The position numbers were made by a program, and so were the translations under genes. Positions 18,424 to 28,901 of a DNA stretch of 64,000 nt are shown piece after piece. The stretch covers positions 1,743-65,742 of the forward strand of contig JAMCWJ010000030.1 of assembly GCA_023475105.1 (NCBI GenBank), read 5' to 3'. The notes under the pieces were generated by a model. That model made no database searches, had not been told where the DNA came from, and saw only the letters and a program-made list of their open reading frames with translations. The DNA comes from Nitrospirota bacterium (GTDB lineage Bacteria > Nitrospirota > Thermodesulfovibrionia > Thermodesulfovibrionales > UBA9159). Numbering within the stretch: the stretch's first letter is position 1; the number at the start of each line of letters is the position of its first letter.

Positions 18424-18867
18424 TCAGTGTTTCGCAAAGGCCTCTTCGAGGCCAATGAACTGATCAAATTCTTCTCTTATCCCGGTTGCCACATCGGCTG
18501 AGGACAAAAGACCCACCAGCCACCCGCCTTCCGTAACGGGCAGCCTTCTTATATTGGTTCTATTCATCAATCCTAAAGCAGTGTCAACATCAGCATCGGC
18601 GTTGATTGTTATAGGATCCGTTGTCATAATGTCAGAAACAAAGGTAGTCTTTGGGTCTTTAGAGTCCGCAGCCACTGCCATGGCTATGTCCCTGTCTGTA
18701 AAGATTCCCTTGAGCTTCCAGCCCTCTTCGACGACAAGAATCGAGCCGATACGGTGTTCTTTCATCTTCAAAGCAGCCTCATAAACGGTTGAAGAGGGCA
18801 GGACAGTCACCAGTTCCTTACGCATTTTCTGTCTTACCAGCATGGTTTCCTCCTTCCCTTGAGCCAA
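18424..18867 (-). CDS. CBS-domain pair protein
   Basis: Two CBS repeats: VYEAALKMKEHRIGSILVV...GIFTDRDI and DTALGLMNRTNIRRLPV...GLLSSADV. Confidence 0.85.
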   Translation of the reverse strand: MAQGKEETMLVRQKMRKELVTVLPSSTVYEAALKMKEHRIGSILVVEEGWKLKGIFTDRDIAMAVAADSKDPKTTFVSDIMTTDPITINADADVDTALGLMNRTNIRRLPVTEGGWLVGLLSSADVATGIREEFDQFIGLEEAFAKH

Positions 18868-19192
18868 TCCCTCACCAAGTCCCTACTCGAAAAAAAACCG
18901 AACTCACCAAATTCCTTCGGCAGCTCGGCCATCTTCTCCTCAAAAGACCCGCCGCTTTCCGCACCCTTTTCGCAAAGGGTTCGGCTTTGTCGGGACTATC
19001 TTTAATTAAATTCTATCACAAAATGTCGTTTTGTCCTACTAAGAAATCTTAATAGATGAGAATGCTAAATACTCTTGTTATATTAAGTAGTTAGCGATAT
19101 GAAGCTACCCGTTCGAATGTCTGAAAAGGCCGTCCTTTGTCTTTTCAAATGAGCTGTGGTAAGGCGGTCATAGAGAACAGATTCCAAATCAG

Positions 19193-19435
19193 ATGAAAAT
19201 ATTGCTTGCAACCGACGGCTCTGAATACTCAAAAGGGGCTGCTAAATTCTTAACATACCTGAACCTTTTCCCATAGGATGAAATCACTGTTTTTCACGCT
19301 GTATACCGGATTCCCTTTTTCTGTATGACAAGAATCATATTTCGAGACCTTCAGGGAAATAAAAAAAGAAATCGCACCCAGGATTATCGACTCTGCACTC
19401 CTCTTCACTCAGAAGACGGCTTCGATAATCAAGAG
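19193..19435 (+). pseudogene. universal stress protein remnant (in-frame TAG, frameshift, 3' truncation)
   Basis: MKILLATDGSEYSKGAAKFLTYLNLFP*DEITVFHAVY, then after a frame change YFETFREIKKEIAPRIIDSALLF. Colinear with the first ~80 residues of the intact USPs at 43076 and 45811. Homology stops near 19435. Confidence 0.75.
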
Positions 19436-19457
19436 ATTACTTTCTTGCTTGCCATGC

Positions 19458-19688
19458 CTAAGCAAGGAGCACGCCCTGTTCTTCGAGCGATTGATCTTCG
19501 AACAGCGCAAACCATTCATTTCTTACTAATACAAACGGCATTTCTTGCTGACAAGTCTTGCATCTTCTTATCTCGGCTGCTTCGATACCGAGATCTCTTG
19601 CTCTGGATGCAGGACTGGGATGATAAGTAGTTTCATATTCGTGCCTGTGTTTATGTCTCTGTTCCATTTCTTTGACCTCCTTATTCAA
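19458..19688 (-). CDS. hypothetical small protein
   Basis: A 76-aa ORF only (His-rich N-terminus, one CxxC). It lies in an AT-richer stretch. No family recognised. Confidence 0.2.
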   Translation of the reverse strand: MNKEVKEMEQRHKHRHEYETTYHPSPASRARDLGIEAAEIRRCKTCQQEMPFVLVRNEWFALFEDQSLEEQGVLLA

Positions 19689-19877
19689 GGTTACTACAGT
19701 TCAGACAGGGTGTCCACTACGCCGCCCTTACAGTCGCTTGATTAAGATGCCTGTCGATCATTTTGACAGATAATGAGTGGAAAAGAAGAAACAACCGCCT
19801 TTTTGCCGCCGATAGTGCAGCCGGCGACGGTATGAACCAGGACCCGGACGAGACGGCAGAAGAGCCACCCGCCTGCT

Positions 19878-21461
19878 TTAGCGGAACAGGCGGTAATCGG
19901 CATTCGGAAAGATATTGTCGATCTCCTCTATGGCAGACAGATATTCTTCGTCGATGGACTTCTTTTCGATCGAATCCGCGAGATAGCGGAAACGGGCAAC
20001 ATGATCTTTTATACGGCGCACTGCGTATCCCTCCGACGTCCCGTTGTTGATGATGAAAGGCCAGTCCGAACTCTGGGCGAGAAGCAGTTCCCGCACGCAC
20101 TGATTGAGGGCCCTTACCGTGATGTAGGGGACCCTTCCGATGCCGTATCTCCCCGCAAGTGACTCCATCCGGCGGCAGCACTCGTAGAGCTGGGGGTATA
20201 TCCAGTCTGTTTTTCCGTTCAGCCATGCCTCAAAATAGCCCTTATGTCCCCAAGTGGCGCAACAGGGGACACCCACCTGGTGGACCGGATGGCGGTCAAG
20301 GTATCCCGAAAGGGTGATAAGTTCGAGCGCACTCTGGTCGAAGGCGGCTTTCCGTATCAGAAAATCAAGCCACTGCGGTCCCTCAAACCACCAGTGACCG
20401 AAGAGTTCGGCATCAAAGGGCGCCACGACCACCGGCGCCGTCTCCATCATCGAATTCAGATACTCGATATGGGTGATCCTCTTGTGCAAAAAATCTCCGG
20501 CATGCTGCGCCGCCCTCTCTCTTGCCGCATCCGGGTGGTAGAGTTCCTTCCATGGAGTAGGCCCGGTGATACGGTGGTATTTTATGCCCGTATCGGCGCG
20601 CATATGCCCGGCGAGGTACGGCCGGATGTAGTTGAAGTCTAGGTCGTGGCCGATGTCACGGTAAAACTCCCGATAAGCGGGATCGCCGGGAAAGCCTTCG
20701 CGTGCGGACCATACCTGCTTCGTGCTTCCACGGTCACGTCCAAAGGCTGCGACTCCCGAGGGCGTATACAGTGGCGCGTACACCCCGTAAAAAGGGGTTG
20801 TTCCCGCGTGTTCGATCCCGTGTGACTCGAGGAGGAAATACCGTATCTCTTTGTCGCGGAGATCCTCTTCTAGGCCACGGCAATATCCGCATTCGGGAAG
20901 CCACATGCCCCGGGCGTCGAACCCGAAAACGCGCCCGAAATAATCAAGACCGGTGGCGAGTTGTGCGGTTACCGCTTTCGGATGTGGTGACAGGAGCGGC
21001 AGAAGCCCATGGGTTGCCGAGGTCGTAATAAGCTCGACCACACCGTGCTCATGAAACCTCTTGAAAGCGGAAGAAAGTCTTCCGCCATATTGTCCGACAA
21101 AGATCTGCCTCGCCTCCTCGAAAAGGCCCCTGTACATTCCCGCGAGATAGTTGAGGTGCGGGTCGTTGCGTGTCCTTTCGATTTCTTTTTCGCTCAACTC
21201 TATCAGTCTTGTGAGATGCTCCGCATACCTCTCCTGGAGAACTTGATCCTCCATCATCGCGAGGAGACTCGGAGAGACAGAGATGGTAAGTCTGAAGGGG
21301 ACGTTTTCGATGATGAGGCGGTCAAAGAATTTGACGAGCGGTATATAGGTTTCGGTCATCGCCTCGAAGAACCACCGCTCCTCAAGGAAGGTGTCGTGTT
21401 CGGGATGCCTCACAAAGGGCAGATGGGCGTGTAGTACGAATGCGAGATACCCCTTAGGCAT
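19878..21461 (-). CDS. GH57-family 1,4-alpha-glucan branching enzyme
   Basis: MPKGYLAFVLHAHLPFVRHPEHDTFLEERWFFEAMTETYIPL...ELITTSATHGLLPL...PECGY...FDAELFGHWWFEGPQWL. I chose the start at MPKGY; the listed ORF extends further upstream. Confidence 0.85.
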   Translation of the reverse strand: MPKGYLAFVLHAHLPFVRHPEHDTFLEERWFFEAMTETYIPLVKFFDRLIIENVPFRLTISVSPSLLAMMEDQVLQERYAEHLTRLIELSEKEIERTRNDPHLNYLAGMYRGLFEEARQIFVGQYGGRLSSAFKRFHEHGVVELITTSATHGLLPLLSPHPKAVTAQLATGLDYFGRVFGFDARGMWLPECGYCRGLEEDLRDKEIRYFLLESHGIEHAGTTPFYGVYAPLYTPSGVAAFGRDRGSTKQVWSAREGFPGDPAYREFYRDIGHDLDFNYIRPYLAGHMRADTGIKYHRITGPTPWKELYHPDAARERAAQHAGDFLHKRITHIEYLNSMMETAPVVVAPFDAELFGHWWFEGPQWLDFLIRKAAFDQSALELITLSGYLDRHPVHQVGVPCCATWGHKGYFEAWLNGKTDWIYPQLYECCRRMESLAGRYGIGRVPYITVRALNQCVRELLLAQSSDWPFIINNGTSEGYAVRRIKDHVARFRYLADSIEKKSIDEEYLSAIEEIDNIFPNADYRLFR

Positions 21462-23148
21462 CTTGTACCCCCTCAATTCTTTTGAGAAGCATTTCGTAAT
21501 ACATGTAATGCTGTACAGCGACAATTTCCACGGAGGGCGTCCCGCCCACCCTCTTTCTCGCCGCGAAGCGGAGCATGCTCCCCTGCAGAGGATTGTGGAG
21601 CATCTCCTGAATCCCCCAGACGATTGATCCGGGGTTATCAAAAGTCACGAGCCCGTTTTCTCCGTGGACTATGCATTTGATGCCTGCCTGGTGCGTGGTG
21701 AGCACCGGCCGTCCCCGGGCGATAGCGGCCCTGGCAAGACTCTCGTCTTGCCAGGTGCGGGCCGGGATGACTACAAAATCCGAGGCCCCGAGAATTGCAT
21801 CGAAGGTCTCCTTTGACACATCACCCAGGAAACGGCACCTGTCACCGATACCTGCGTGCAGGATGCGTGTCTGCAACTCCCCCTTGAGGGGTCCGTTACC
21901 GGCGAATATAAACTGTGCACTTCGGTGGTTGCGGCAAACTGTGGGCAACGCGTCTGCGAGGAGGTCGGCTCCTGCAGCGTGCGAAATCTCTCCGGCAAAG
22001 AGCGCGGTCGGCGCCTCCTCGCTCAGTCCGATCCGTCCCCTTACGTGGGCCACAGTCTGAGGAAGATCGGGAGATTTTTCATCGAGTGCGTCAGGGACAG
22101 TGACAACCTTTTCGGGAGGGGCTTCGTAAAGAGCGATCACCTGCTGCCGTGTCGATAAATGAGGGACGATTACGAGGTCTGCACCGACGACCGCTTCTTT
22201 CTCCCTCCGGCAGATAGATAAGGAAAGACTGTTCATCTCATTCCCTTGCAGCCGCTCGTGCTCGGTCGAATGCAGGGTCAGCACCATGGGGATACTGAAC
22301 TCTCTCTTGATGGCGAGGCCAACGGCCGAGGAGTACCAGTCGTGGCAATGGACAATATGAAAAGGCTTTTGTCTGTGCGCGGCTCTGACATCCGTCACGA
22401 CCTCGGCCGAAAGGGCATCCACAGCAGCAAGCAGAGGCCCTCCGGAGATGCGGGGCTCCCGCAACGGCGAGCTGAAGAGCCTTGTAGCGCCGACGAACTT
22501 TTCGATCCTCGTCGAGAGGTTCTCGATAAAATGACCAAGCGGGCCGCTAAAGCCTGAAATATGGTCGATCCCGAGAAACACTACGGCAACAGAGAGGGCT
22601 TTTCCCCGCACGACGCCCGCAAGTTCATGATTCATCCTCTCATATACCGGGGCATCGAATATGTTTTCAACCGGGAAGATTCTGTGCAGGGATTTTCCGA
22701 CGAAGAGGCCAGTCGTCTGATAATTTCCTGAAGGCCTGTCGCGGTCGAAGAATGCGGCATTTGAACGGCTGAGGGGATGGAACATTCCCTGTGGGTTTCG
22801 CAGTCCGATCTCAGCCAGGTAATTCCTCGCGAGACAGTCGACTGTGAAATAATAATTGCCGGCCGGTTTCCCGACATCGAGATCGAAGAACATATGGGCG
22901 TTGAACCCGTCAAAGATGATGTCCGTAACATCATAGACGCGTACGACCAGCGAAGCATTTGAGAACGCTCCCCCATGCTGCCGCCTGACATCCTCGGGCG
23001 ATCGTTCTCGCACGTGCCAGGTCGCGTGACCCATGCGGGGATGAACCATCAAGAGGGCGATGGCGTCACCCTCAGGAAGGATTGGGTATCTGTGCCCTAC
23101 ATCCCAGATGATCTCCCTGAGCCGCTCCGGGGAAAATGTCTTCCTCAT
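21454..23148 (-). CDS. GT4 glycosyltransferase (glycogen-synthase-like) with N-terminal DUF4912-like domain
   Basis: N-terminal LVVRVYDVTDIIFDGFNAHMFFDLDV...YLAEIGLRNPQGMF. Then HCHDWYSS...LTLHSTEHER...LFAGEISHAAGADLL...FVVIPARTWQDE. The stop overlaps the GH57 start by 8 nt. Start is uncertain (23148 or 23271). Confidence 0.8.
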   Translation of the reverse strand: MRKTFSPERLREIIWDVGHRYPILPEGDAIALLMVHPRMGHATWHVRERSPEDVRRQHGGAFSNASLVVRVYDVTDIIFDGFNAHMFFDLDVGKPAGNYYFTVDCLARNYLAEIGLRNPQGMFHPLSRSNAAFFDRDRPSGNYQTTGLFVGKSLHRIFPVENIFDAPVYERMNHELAGVVRGKALSVAVVFLGIDHISGFSGPLGHFIENLSTRIEKFVGATRLFSSPLREPRISGGPLLAAVDALSAEVVTDVRAAHRQKPFHIVHCHDWYSSAVGLAIKREFSIPMVLTLHSTEHERLQGNEMNSLSLSICRREKEAVVGADLVIVPHLSTRQQVIALYEAPPEKVVTVPDALDEKSPDLPQTVAHVRGRIGLSEEAPTALFAGEISHAAGADLLADALPTVCRNHRSAQFIFAGNGPLKGELQTRILHAGIGDRCRFLGDVSKETFDAILGASDFVVIPARTWQDESLARAAIARGRPVLTTHQAGIKCIVHGENGLVTFDNPGSIVWGIQEMLHNPLQGSMLRFAARKRVGGTPSVEIVAVQHYMYYEMLLKRIEGVQDA

Positions 23149-23540
23149 GACCCGAGCCTTTTTTCGATGGATTTCACCTTCTCCTCGATCCTGTTCGGCT
23201 TGCCCTTGCGGTCGTCCACAGAAATCGTCGTGATAGCCCTTTCTTTTTCCTTCATCACGGCCTTGCGGCACTTCTTGGAATTCTTAGAATTCCATCGAGT
23301 TTCACGGAATCGGCCGGAATCTTTACCTGTCTTTCCTCATCCTTTCTGTCTATGAACATAGCGCCCTTAAACTCAGATTGAAGATGAATTGATAAGTTAA
23401 TTCTATCACCATTCCTCAACCTTGACGAGTTCGAAACTTAAGGAATAAATAAAGGGTATAAGGCAGGGCAGCTTTTCTTGCGCGCAGCCTCTGTTCGGGA
23501 AGGAGAGCTGCGCAGGCTAAGGGAGATGATCGAATACTGA

Positions 23541-24909
23541 TACGCAGAAGTAAGGCGCCTGAAGGAGGCCAAGGTACTCGGAGAATGCGCGGCGCAGGCT
23601 TTTGACGCTCAGGGAAACATTCAAACCGTCTGTGCCGGTTTAGCCGGCCCCGACGCTACATCGGTCGAAAGATCCGTGGTTACGATAGATCGCAATACCT
23701 TGCAAATTCTCGCTTTCTACCCGTTTCTGAAGCCCGTTCAGAACACCGGCACGGTCGACTTCGGCGGAGCAGGCTACTTTTATCAGGACGACAAGTACCG
23801 TATGGTCGTCGCCATGCCCGACGGCCACGTGCTGATATTGCGGCGTTCGCCATCCAAGGCCGGCGGCATAGACGGTTATACCGTTGATGCCGACTACAAT
23901 GTTACCGGTACGGACGGGGCCGTCCCTGTGCCGAACGGCGCTACCTCACTGGACTTGTATGCTGTTGTGCCGGACAAGGTCGGCAACATCTGGTTTACCA
24001 CCGCCCAGGGCGTCGTGGGCACCATCACCCCGGGTGGAACTATCCGCTGGGTAAACCTGAACGATCCATATAATACCGGGCAGCCGCAGCCCCCAGCCCG
24101 ATGGTGGATACGAAGCGATCGCCAATTCGCACTGTATCGATGAGGGGGACAGTGACAGCGGGCCATCCGGTGTGTATATCCTGACGACCTATCATCTGTA
24201 TAGGCTTGGTGCATCCGAAGATGGAACTCCCGGTATTGAGTGGTCCGCAGCCTATGACCGGGGTACGGGTACAGTACCCAAGTCAGGCCAGGTAAGTCTA
24301 GGATCCGGCACGTCGCCCACCTTGTTCCGCATCGGAACTCGTCGCTTCGTTACTATTGCGGATAACGCGAAATTTATGAACGTCAACGTCTATCGCGCGG
24401 AGACTAATCTGCTGCCCGGCGAGCAACGCTTGTTCGCGCAGACTGCACCGTTTGGGCAGAATGAAGCGGTGAGCGACGAGAACTCTCTCATCGTAGCGCC
24501 TGGCGTTGACGGAAACAGCATGGACATTTACGCCGAAAACAATTTTGGAAATGACGACCCGACCAGCACACTGGGCCCTGCGGTGACCCAGCCGGGATTC
24601 GCCCGCATGCACTTACAGAGTGACGGCACGTTCACGGTAGCAAGCGTGAACAACACCATAGCCGTTCCGTCGGTCGTATCGAAAGTTAGTCTAGGTTCCA
24701 ACATTGTATACACCTACAACAAAACGCCTGATGGCTGGTTCCTGACCGGCCTTGATGCGGATGACCTTAACGCAGTCCGTTTCACGACCCGAATAGGGCC
24801 CGGCAGCTTCGGCTACAATAATTTTTATGCCGGCTTGTCGCTCGACGCTGATGGAAAAACCATCTGGCTTGGTACGTTATTTGGATTAACGAAGATACAG
24901 CTGGAGTAG
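23541..24909 (+). pseudogene. beta-propeller-like hypothetical protein, apparently 5'-truncated and frameshifted (about 24061-24143)
   Basis: The frame is open from 23541 with no canonical start. Frame 0 ends at 24143, while the frame carrying 24172..24909 is already open from 24061 (..PDGGYEAIANSHCIDEGDSDSGPSGVYILTTYHLYRLG..). The junction lies near a C5 run. Confidence 0.45.
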
Positions 24910-24962
24910 CGCCCCTTTCGGCGGATTCCGGCGAACAAGATTTAGGTGTCAATGCTTCCGAG

Positions 24963-25367
24963 ATGTCCGGAGCGAAATCGCAGCCTGAGCAGTCGGGACA
25001 AAATAATAGGGACGCGCCTATTTTTCAAATACCTTTGGCAACGGATTTGATAATGGTCGCTGTCCCTATTTTCGCTCCTCTTACCTCACCAGACGGAATT
25101 GCATGGACCCAGCGGAATTCGGGGACGGATCTGCAGCTTTCTGGAGTGACCTACGGCAACGGGTTTTTTGTTGCTGTCGGATTGGGTGTTATCCTGACTT
25201 CAAAAGATGGGGAGATATGGACATTGAGAGATTCGGCCGGCGTGGATAAGACTTTTCTTTTTGGAGTGACCTATGGTAACGGTACTTTTATCGCTGTGGG
25301 TCTCGGAGCTGTAGGTTACGAAATGATGGGGTATTCCGGCGTCATCCTCCAATCAGACTCCCTATAG
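24963..25367 (+). CDS. Asp-box/BNR-like repeat protein (short)
   Basis: Repeated units TSPDGIAWTQR / TSKDGEIWTLR and VTYGNGFFVAVG / VTYGNGTFIAVG. Confidence 0.5.
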   Translation: MSGAKSQPEQSGQNNRDAPIFQIPLATDLIMVAVPIFAPLTSPDGIAWTQRNSGTDLQLSGVTYGNGFFVAVGLGVILTSKDGEIWTLRDSAGVDKTFLFGVTYGNGTFIAVGLGAVGYEMMGYSGVILQSDSL

Positions 25368-25414
25368 AAGTAATCAGCGCAATCTCACAAAAGCGAAATT
25401 GTGGTGTTCCTGTA

Positions 25415-25801
25415 TTGATGCAGGGGAAGCTAGCCTGTCCTGTCAATGGGGATGATCTTGTATTCCCCAGTTCCTCGGGAAGGCCGTCACAGCATGACAA
25501 CGGTGTAAAGAGACACTTTATTCCGGCGTTGACAAAGGCAAAGTTAAGACAGGTATCCTTCCATAGCCTGAGACATAGCAATGCAAGCATGAGGGTACAG
25601 GCAGGGCAGAATATCAAATACATTCAATCACAGATGGGTCATGCGAGCATAAATATCACTCTGGACATCTATGGACACCTGTTTAACGATGCAAACTTTA
25701 ACAGGCAACGGGTAGAGCTTTTAGAACGTTCTTTTAAATCCGTTGGAAATTCGTTAGAAAAACCCTTAGAAGTTGAAACTTCAGCCGCTGTAAATCAGTG
25801 A
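25415..25801 (+). pseudogene. tyrosine recombinase (phage-type integrase), C-terminal catalytic fragment only
   Basis: LVFPSSSGRPSQHDNGVKRHFIPALTKAKLRQVSFHSLRHSNASMRVQAGQNIKYIQSQMGHASINITLDIYGHLF contains the R..HxxR..Y region. The N-terminal ~200 residues are absent. Confidence 0.8.
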
Positions 25802-25889
25802 TAGGAGCGACGCTAAAAGGGTATCCCTCTACAGAATGGCTTCGAATAAAAGAAAAAGGGCTTGCATCTCTGCAAACCCTTATCTCTGT

Positions 25890-25966
<77 letters not shown>

Positions 25967-25978
25967 ATTCAGTCTAAT

Positions 25979-26008
25979 AAAATAACTTATTTATGCCGGG
26001 GATGTCAA
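25979..26008 (-). promoter_or_regulatory. candidate sigma70-type promoter for tRNA-fMet
   Basis: On the minus strand: TTGACA, 18 nt, TATTTT, ending about 13 nt before the tRNA 5' end. Confidence 0.35.
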
Positions 26009-26223
26009 ACAATAGGCGGAGCCCCCGTGAAACCACCGAGGGTGGGTTAACGAAAAGAAAAGTCCCGGACCTGAATAGGAGGCGAGGATCCCTTCCTTGC
26101 GTGCGAAGTGACGGGACGAGGGGAGAAACCGAAGCACGGTGTATGACCAGACTTTATTATATCGGCTGATAAGGGATTTTGCCGTATTTGTCGGCAGGCC
26201 CGCTTTTCTGGTATATTCAATTT

Positions 26224-27546
26224 ATGCGGAAATTAGCAACAATGGTGATCGCGGCGGCAGTTGCCTTTTTGTTCCTGGCCCCTGTCCGCCTCGAAGCTGC
26301 GGTCAGGGAATACACCCTTGAAAACGGCCTGAAGGTGCTGATAAGCGAGGACCATAAGGTCCCCCTTGCGACCTTCGAGATATGGTACCGGGTCGGTTCG
26401 CGCTACGAACGGTCGGGCGAGACCGGGCTGAGCCACCTCCTTGAGCATATGATGTTCAAAGGGACTTCCCGCTATGGTTCGAAGGTCTTTTCGAAGATCA
26501 TCCAGAGAAACGGCGGGACAGACAATGCGATGACGACCAAAGATTACACGATGTACTTCGAGACGATGGCCTCGGACAGGATCGGGCTTGCGATCGACCT
26601 CGAATCCGACAGGATGGCTAACCTGACGATAGACCCGAAGGAGACGCTTTCGGAACGGAGCGTGGTGATGGAAGAGCGGAGGATGCGCTATGAGGACGAC
26701 CCGCAGAACTCGCTTTTCGAGAACCTTATGGCAACGGCTCTGATAGCCCACCCGTACCGCAGGCCTGTCATCGGATGGATGTCCGATGTCGCCTCTCTCA
26801 CCAGGGAGGAGCTCTACGATCACTACAAGGAATATTATTCGCCCAACAACGCCTTTATCGTGATCGTGGGCGACGTGAAGGCCGATGAAATCATGGAAAA
26901 AATAAAGGCCGCCTTCGGGCTGATGAAGAGGAGGGATATAGGCGTCACCCCGGTCACGCGGGAGCCCGGGCAAAAGGGAGAAAAAAGGTTTGTTCTCCGG
27001 AAAGAGGCCGAACTGCCCTATCTAATGATGGCATTTCATACTCCGGCCTTCCCTCACGAAGACAGCGCCGCCCTCGATGTCCTGAGCACTATCCTTTCGG
27101 GCGGGAAGAGTTCGCGGCTCTACAGGTCGCTGGTCTACGACAGGAAGATCGCCCTGAACGCCGGGGCGGATTACAGCGGGATGTATATTGACCCGTTCTT
27201 TTTCTTTGTCTGGGGGACTCCGGCGCCGGGGAAAGACGCCGCCGAACTCGAGAAGGGGCTTTCTGAGGAGATCGGTATGATAAAAGACACGCCGCCTTCC
27301 GAAAAGGAGGTGCAGAAGGCAAAGAATCAGATCGAGGCCTCCTTTATATTCGGGCAGGACTCGCTGTATATGCAGGCGATGAAGATAGGAACGTTCGAGG
27401 TCCTCGGAAGCTGGAAGCTTATGGGCACGTATCTCGAAGGGATACGGAAAGTGACACCCGGGGACGTGCAGCGTGTTGCGAAAAAGTATCTGACAGCGGA
27501 GAACGAGACCGTCGGGACCCTGATCCCTGCGAAGAATTCACAATGA
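26224..27546 (+). CDS. M16 (pitrilysin/insulinase) family zinc peptidase, catalytic-type subunit
   Basis: Signal peptide MRKLATMVIAAAVAFLFLAPVRLEA. Inverted zinc motif HLLEHMMFKG. ENGLKVLISEDHKVPLATF. Confidence 0.9.
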   Translation: MRKLATMVIAAAVAFLFLAPVRLEAAVREYTLENGLKVLISEDHKVPLATFEIWYRVGSRYERSGETGLSHLLEHMMFKGTSRYGSKVFSKIIQRNGGTDNAMTTKDYTMYFETMASDRIGLAIDLESDRMANLTIDPKETLSERSVVMEERRMRYEDDPQNSLFENLMATALIAHPYRRPVIGWMSDVASLTREELYDHYKEYYSPNNAFIVIVGDVKADEIMEKIKAAFGLMKRRDIGVTPVTREPGQKGEKRFVLRKEAELPYLMMAFHTPAFPHEDSAALDVLSTILSGGKSSRLYRSLVYDRKIALNAGADYSGMYIDPFFFFVWGTPAPGKDAAELEKGLSEEIGMIKDTPPSEKEVQKAKNQIEASFIFGQDSLYMQAMKIGTFEVLGSWKLMGTYLEGIRKVTPGDVQRVAKKYLTAENETVGTLIPAKNSQ

Positions 27547-28901
27547 AAAGAGGAAGAAGACCCGTGAAGATCGTTCGTGCGCTCGTCGTGATTTGCATTT
27601 TCCTGACCGCGGCCGGTTGTCTGCTTTCGGCTGATGCTGATGCCCTGGAGGTGAACAGAACCGTTCTCCCGAACGGCCTGACGGTCCTCCAGGTCGAGCG
27701 CCACAACCTGCCGATCGTGATGGTTACTCTTCTGGTGAAGGCGAGCCCGCTGGACGAACCGCCGGACAAGGCAGGACTCGCAAACCTTACCGCCGAGCTT
27801 CTTACGGAGGGAACGGGAAAGCGAAGTGCAACGGACATCAGCGGAGAGATAGAATTCATCGGCGCCTCGCTCGCCGCGTCGGCGGACGGCGATTACACGC
27901 TGGTCAGCCTTTCGGTCCTCAAGAAAGATATCGAGAAGGGGTTCGATATTCTTTCCGATATCGTTCTGAATCCAACGTTCCCTGAAATGGAGATCAGCAG
28001 GAACAGGGAACTCATCAAGGGCAGCCTTCGGCAGAGCGAGGAGGAGCCGTCCTTCGTAGCGTCGAAGGCGTTCAAGAAGGCGGTGTACGGCGATCTCCCT
28101 TACGGACGGCTTGTGGCCGGCAGTGTCGAAACCCTCGATGCGATTCAGAGGAAGGACATCCTGAAGTTCCACTCGGAATGCTACAGACCGAACAATTCGT
28201 TCCTTTCCGTTGTCGGGGACCTCACGCCGGATGAGATGAATTCGCTCCTGAACCGTTTTTTTTCCGGCTGGAAACCCGCCGAAGTTCCGAAGAGGCCCTC
28301 GCTTCTGAAGGCGGAAGAGAAGAGAAAGACGATCCTGATTGACAAAGATCTCACGCAGGCGAACATCGTCATCGGTCACGAGGGGCTGCGCAGGGAAAAT
28401 CCGGACTACTACGCCGTCTCCGTCATGAACTATATCCTCGGGGGCGGGGGCTTCTCATCCCGATTGATGCAAAGCGTGAGGGACGAGATGGGGCTTGCCT
28501 ATGACATTCACAGCTTTTTTGCTCCCTATAAAGCGGGAGGGTTCTTCGAGGTGAGCGTCCAGACAAAAAACGAATCGGCAGGTACGGTCATCGCAGAGAT
28601 AGAGAAGCAGATTGAGCGGATGCGGAAGGAAGCCGTTTCGGATCAGGAGCTGGAGGACGCAAAGGCATACCTGACCGGAAGTTTTCCGCGGAGACTCGAC
28701 ACGAACAGAAAAATCGCCGATTTTCTCGTCCTCATCGAATTCTACGGCCTCGGACTCGACTATGTCGACCGTTATCCCTCGTATATCACCTCCGTTACGA
28801 AGGATGATGTCCTGAGGGTCGCAAGAAAGTACCTCGGGACCGATGACCCGGTCATGGTCGTCGTCGGCAGGCAGGCGAAGATGACACTGAAGAAGAGATA
28901 A
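27543..28901 (+). CDS. M16 family peptidase, non-catalytic-type partner (no HxxEH)
   Basis: ATGA overlap with the upstream M16 gene. LPNGLTVLQVERHNLPIVMVTLLVKA...GLANLTAELLTEGT. No HxxEH motif seen. Confidence 0.85.
   Translation: MKRGRRPVKIVRALVVICIFLTAAGCLLSADADALEVNRTVLPNGLTVLQVERHNLPIVMVTLLVKASPLDEPPDKAGLANLTAELLTEGTGKRSATDISGEIEFIGASLAASADGDYTLVSLSVLKKDIEKGFDILSDIVLNPTFPEMEISRNRELIKGSLRQSEEEPSFVASKAFKKAVYGDLPYGRLVAGSVETLDAIQRKDILKFHSECYRPNNSFLSVVGDLTPDEMNSLLNRFFSGWKPAEVPKRPSLLKAEEKRKTILIDKDLTQANIVIGHEGLRRENPDYYAVSVMNYILGGGGFSSRLMQSVRDEMGLAYDIHSFFAPYKAGGFFEVSVQTKNESAGTVIAEIEKQIERMRKEAVSDQELEDAKAYLTGSFPRRLDTNRKIADFLVLIEFYGLGLDYVDRYPSYITSVTKDDVLRVARKYLGTDDPVMVVVGRQAKMTLKKR

Noticed and set aside
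23272-23700. A direct repeat of the tRNA-fMet 3' end that would mark the far boundary of the island.
   Set aside because: I found no copy of the tRNA 3' segment (..GGATTTGAACC..) by eye in the candidate boundary region, so the island limit remains undefined.
27327-28379. Long antisense or out-of-frame ORFs. Examples: 3214..4086(+), 9514..10161(-), 10192..10860(-), 15579..16232(-), 27327..28379(-), 34590..35294(-), 46678..47460(+), 49695..50372(-), 54361..55221(-), 56826..57995(-), 58038..59159(-), 59840..60697(-).
   Set aside because: Each overlaps a gene with clear family signatures on the other strand or frame. Their translations are Arg/Pro/Gly-rich with no recognisable motifs, which is typical of shadow ORFs in GC-rich DNA.
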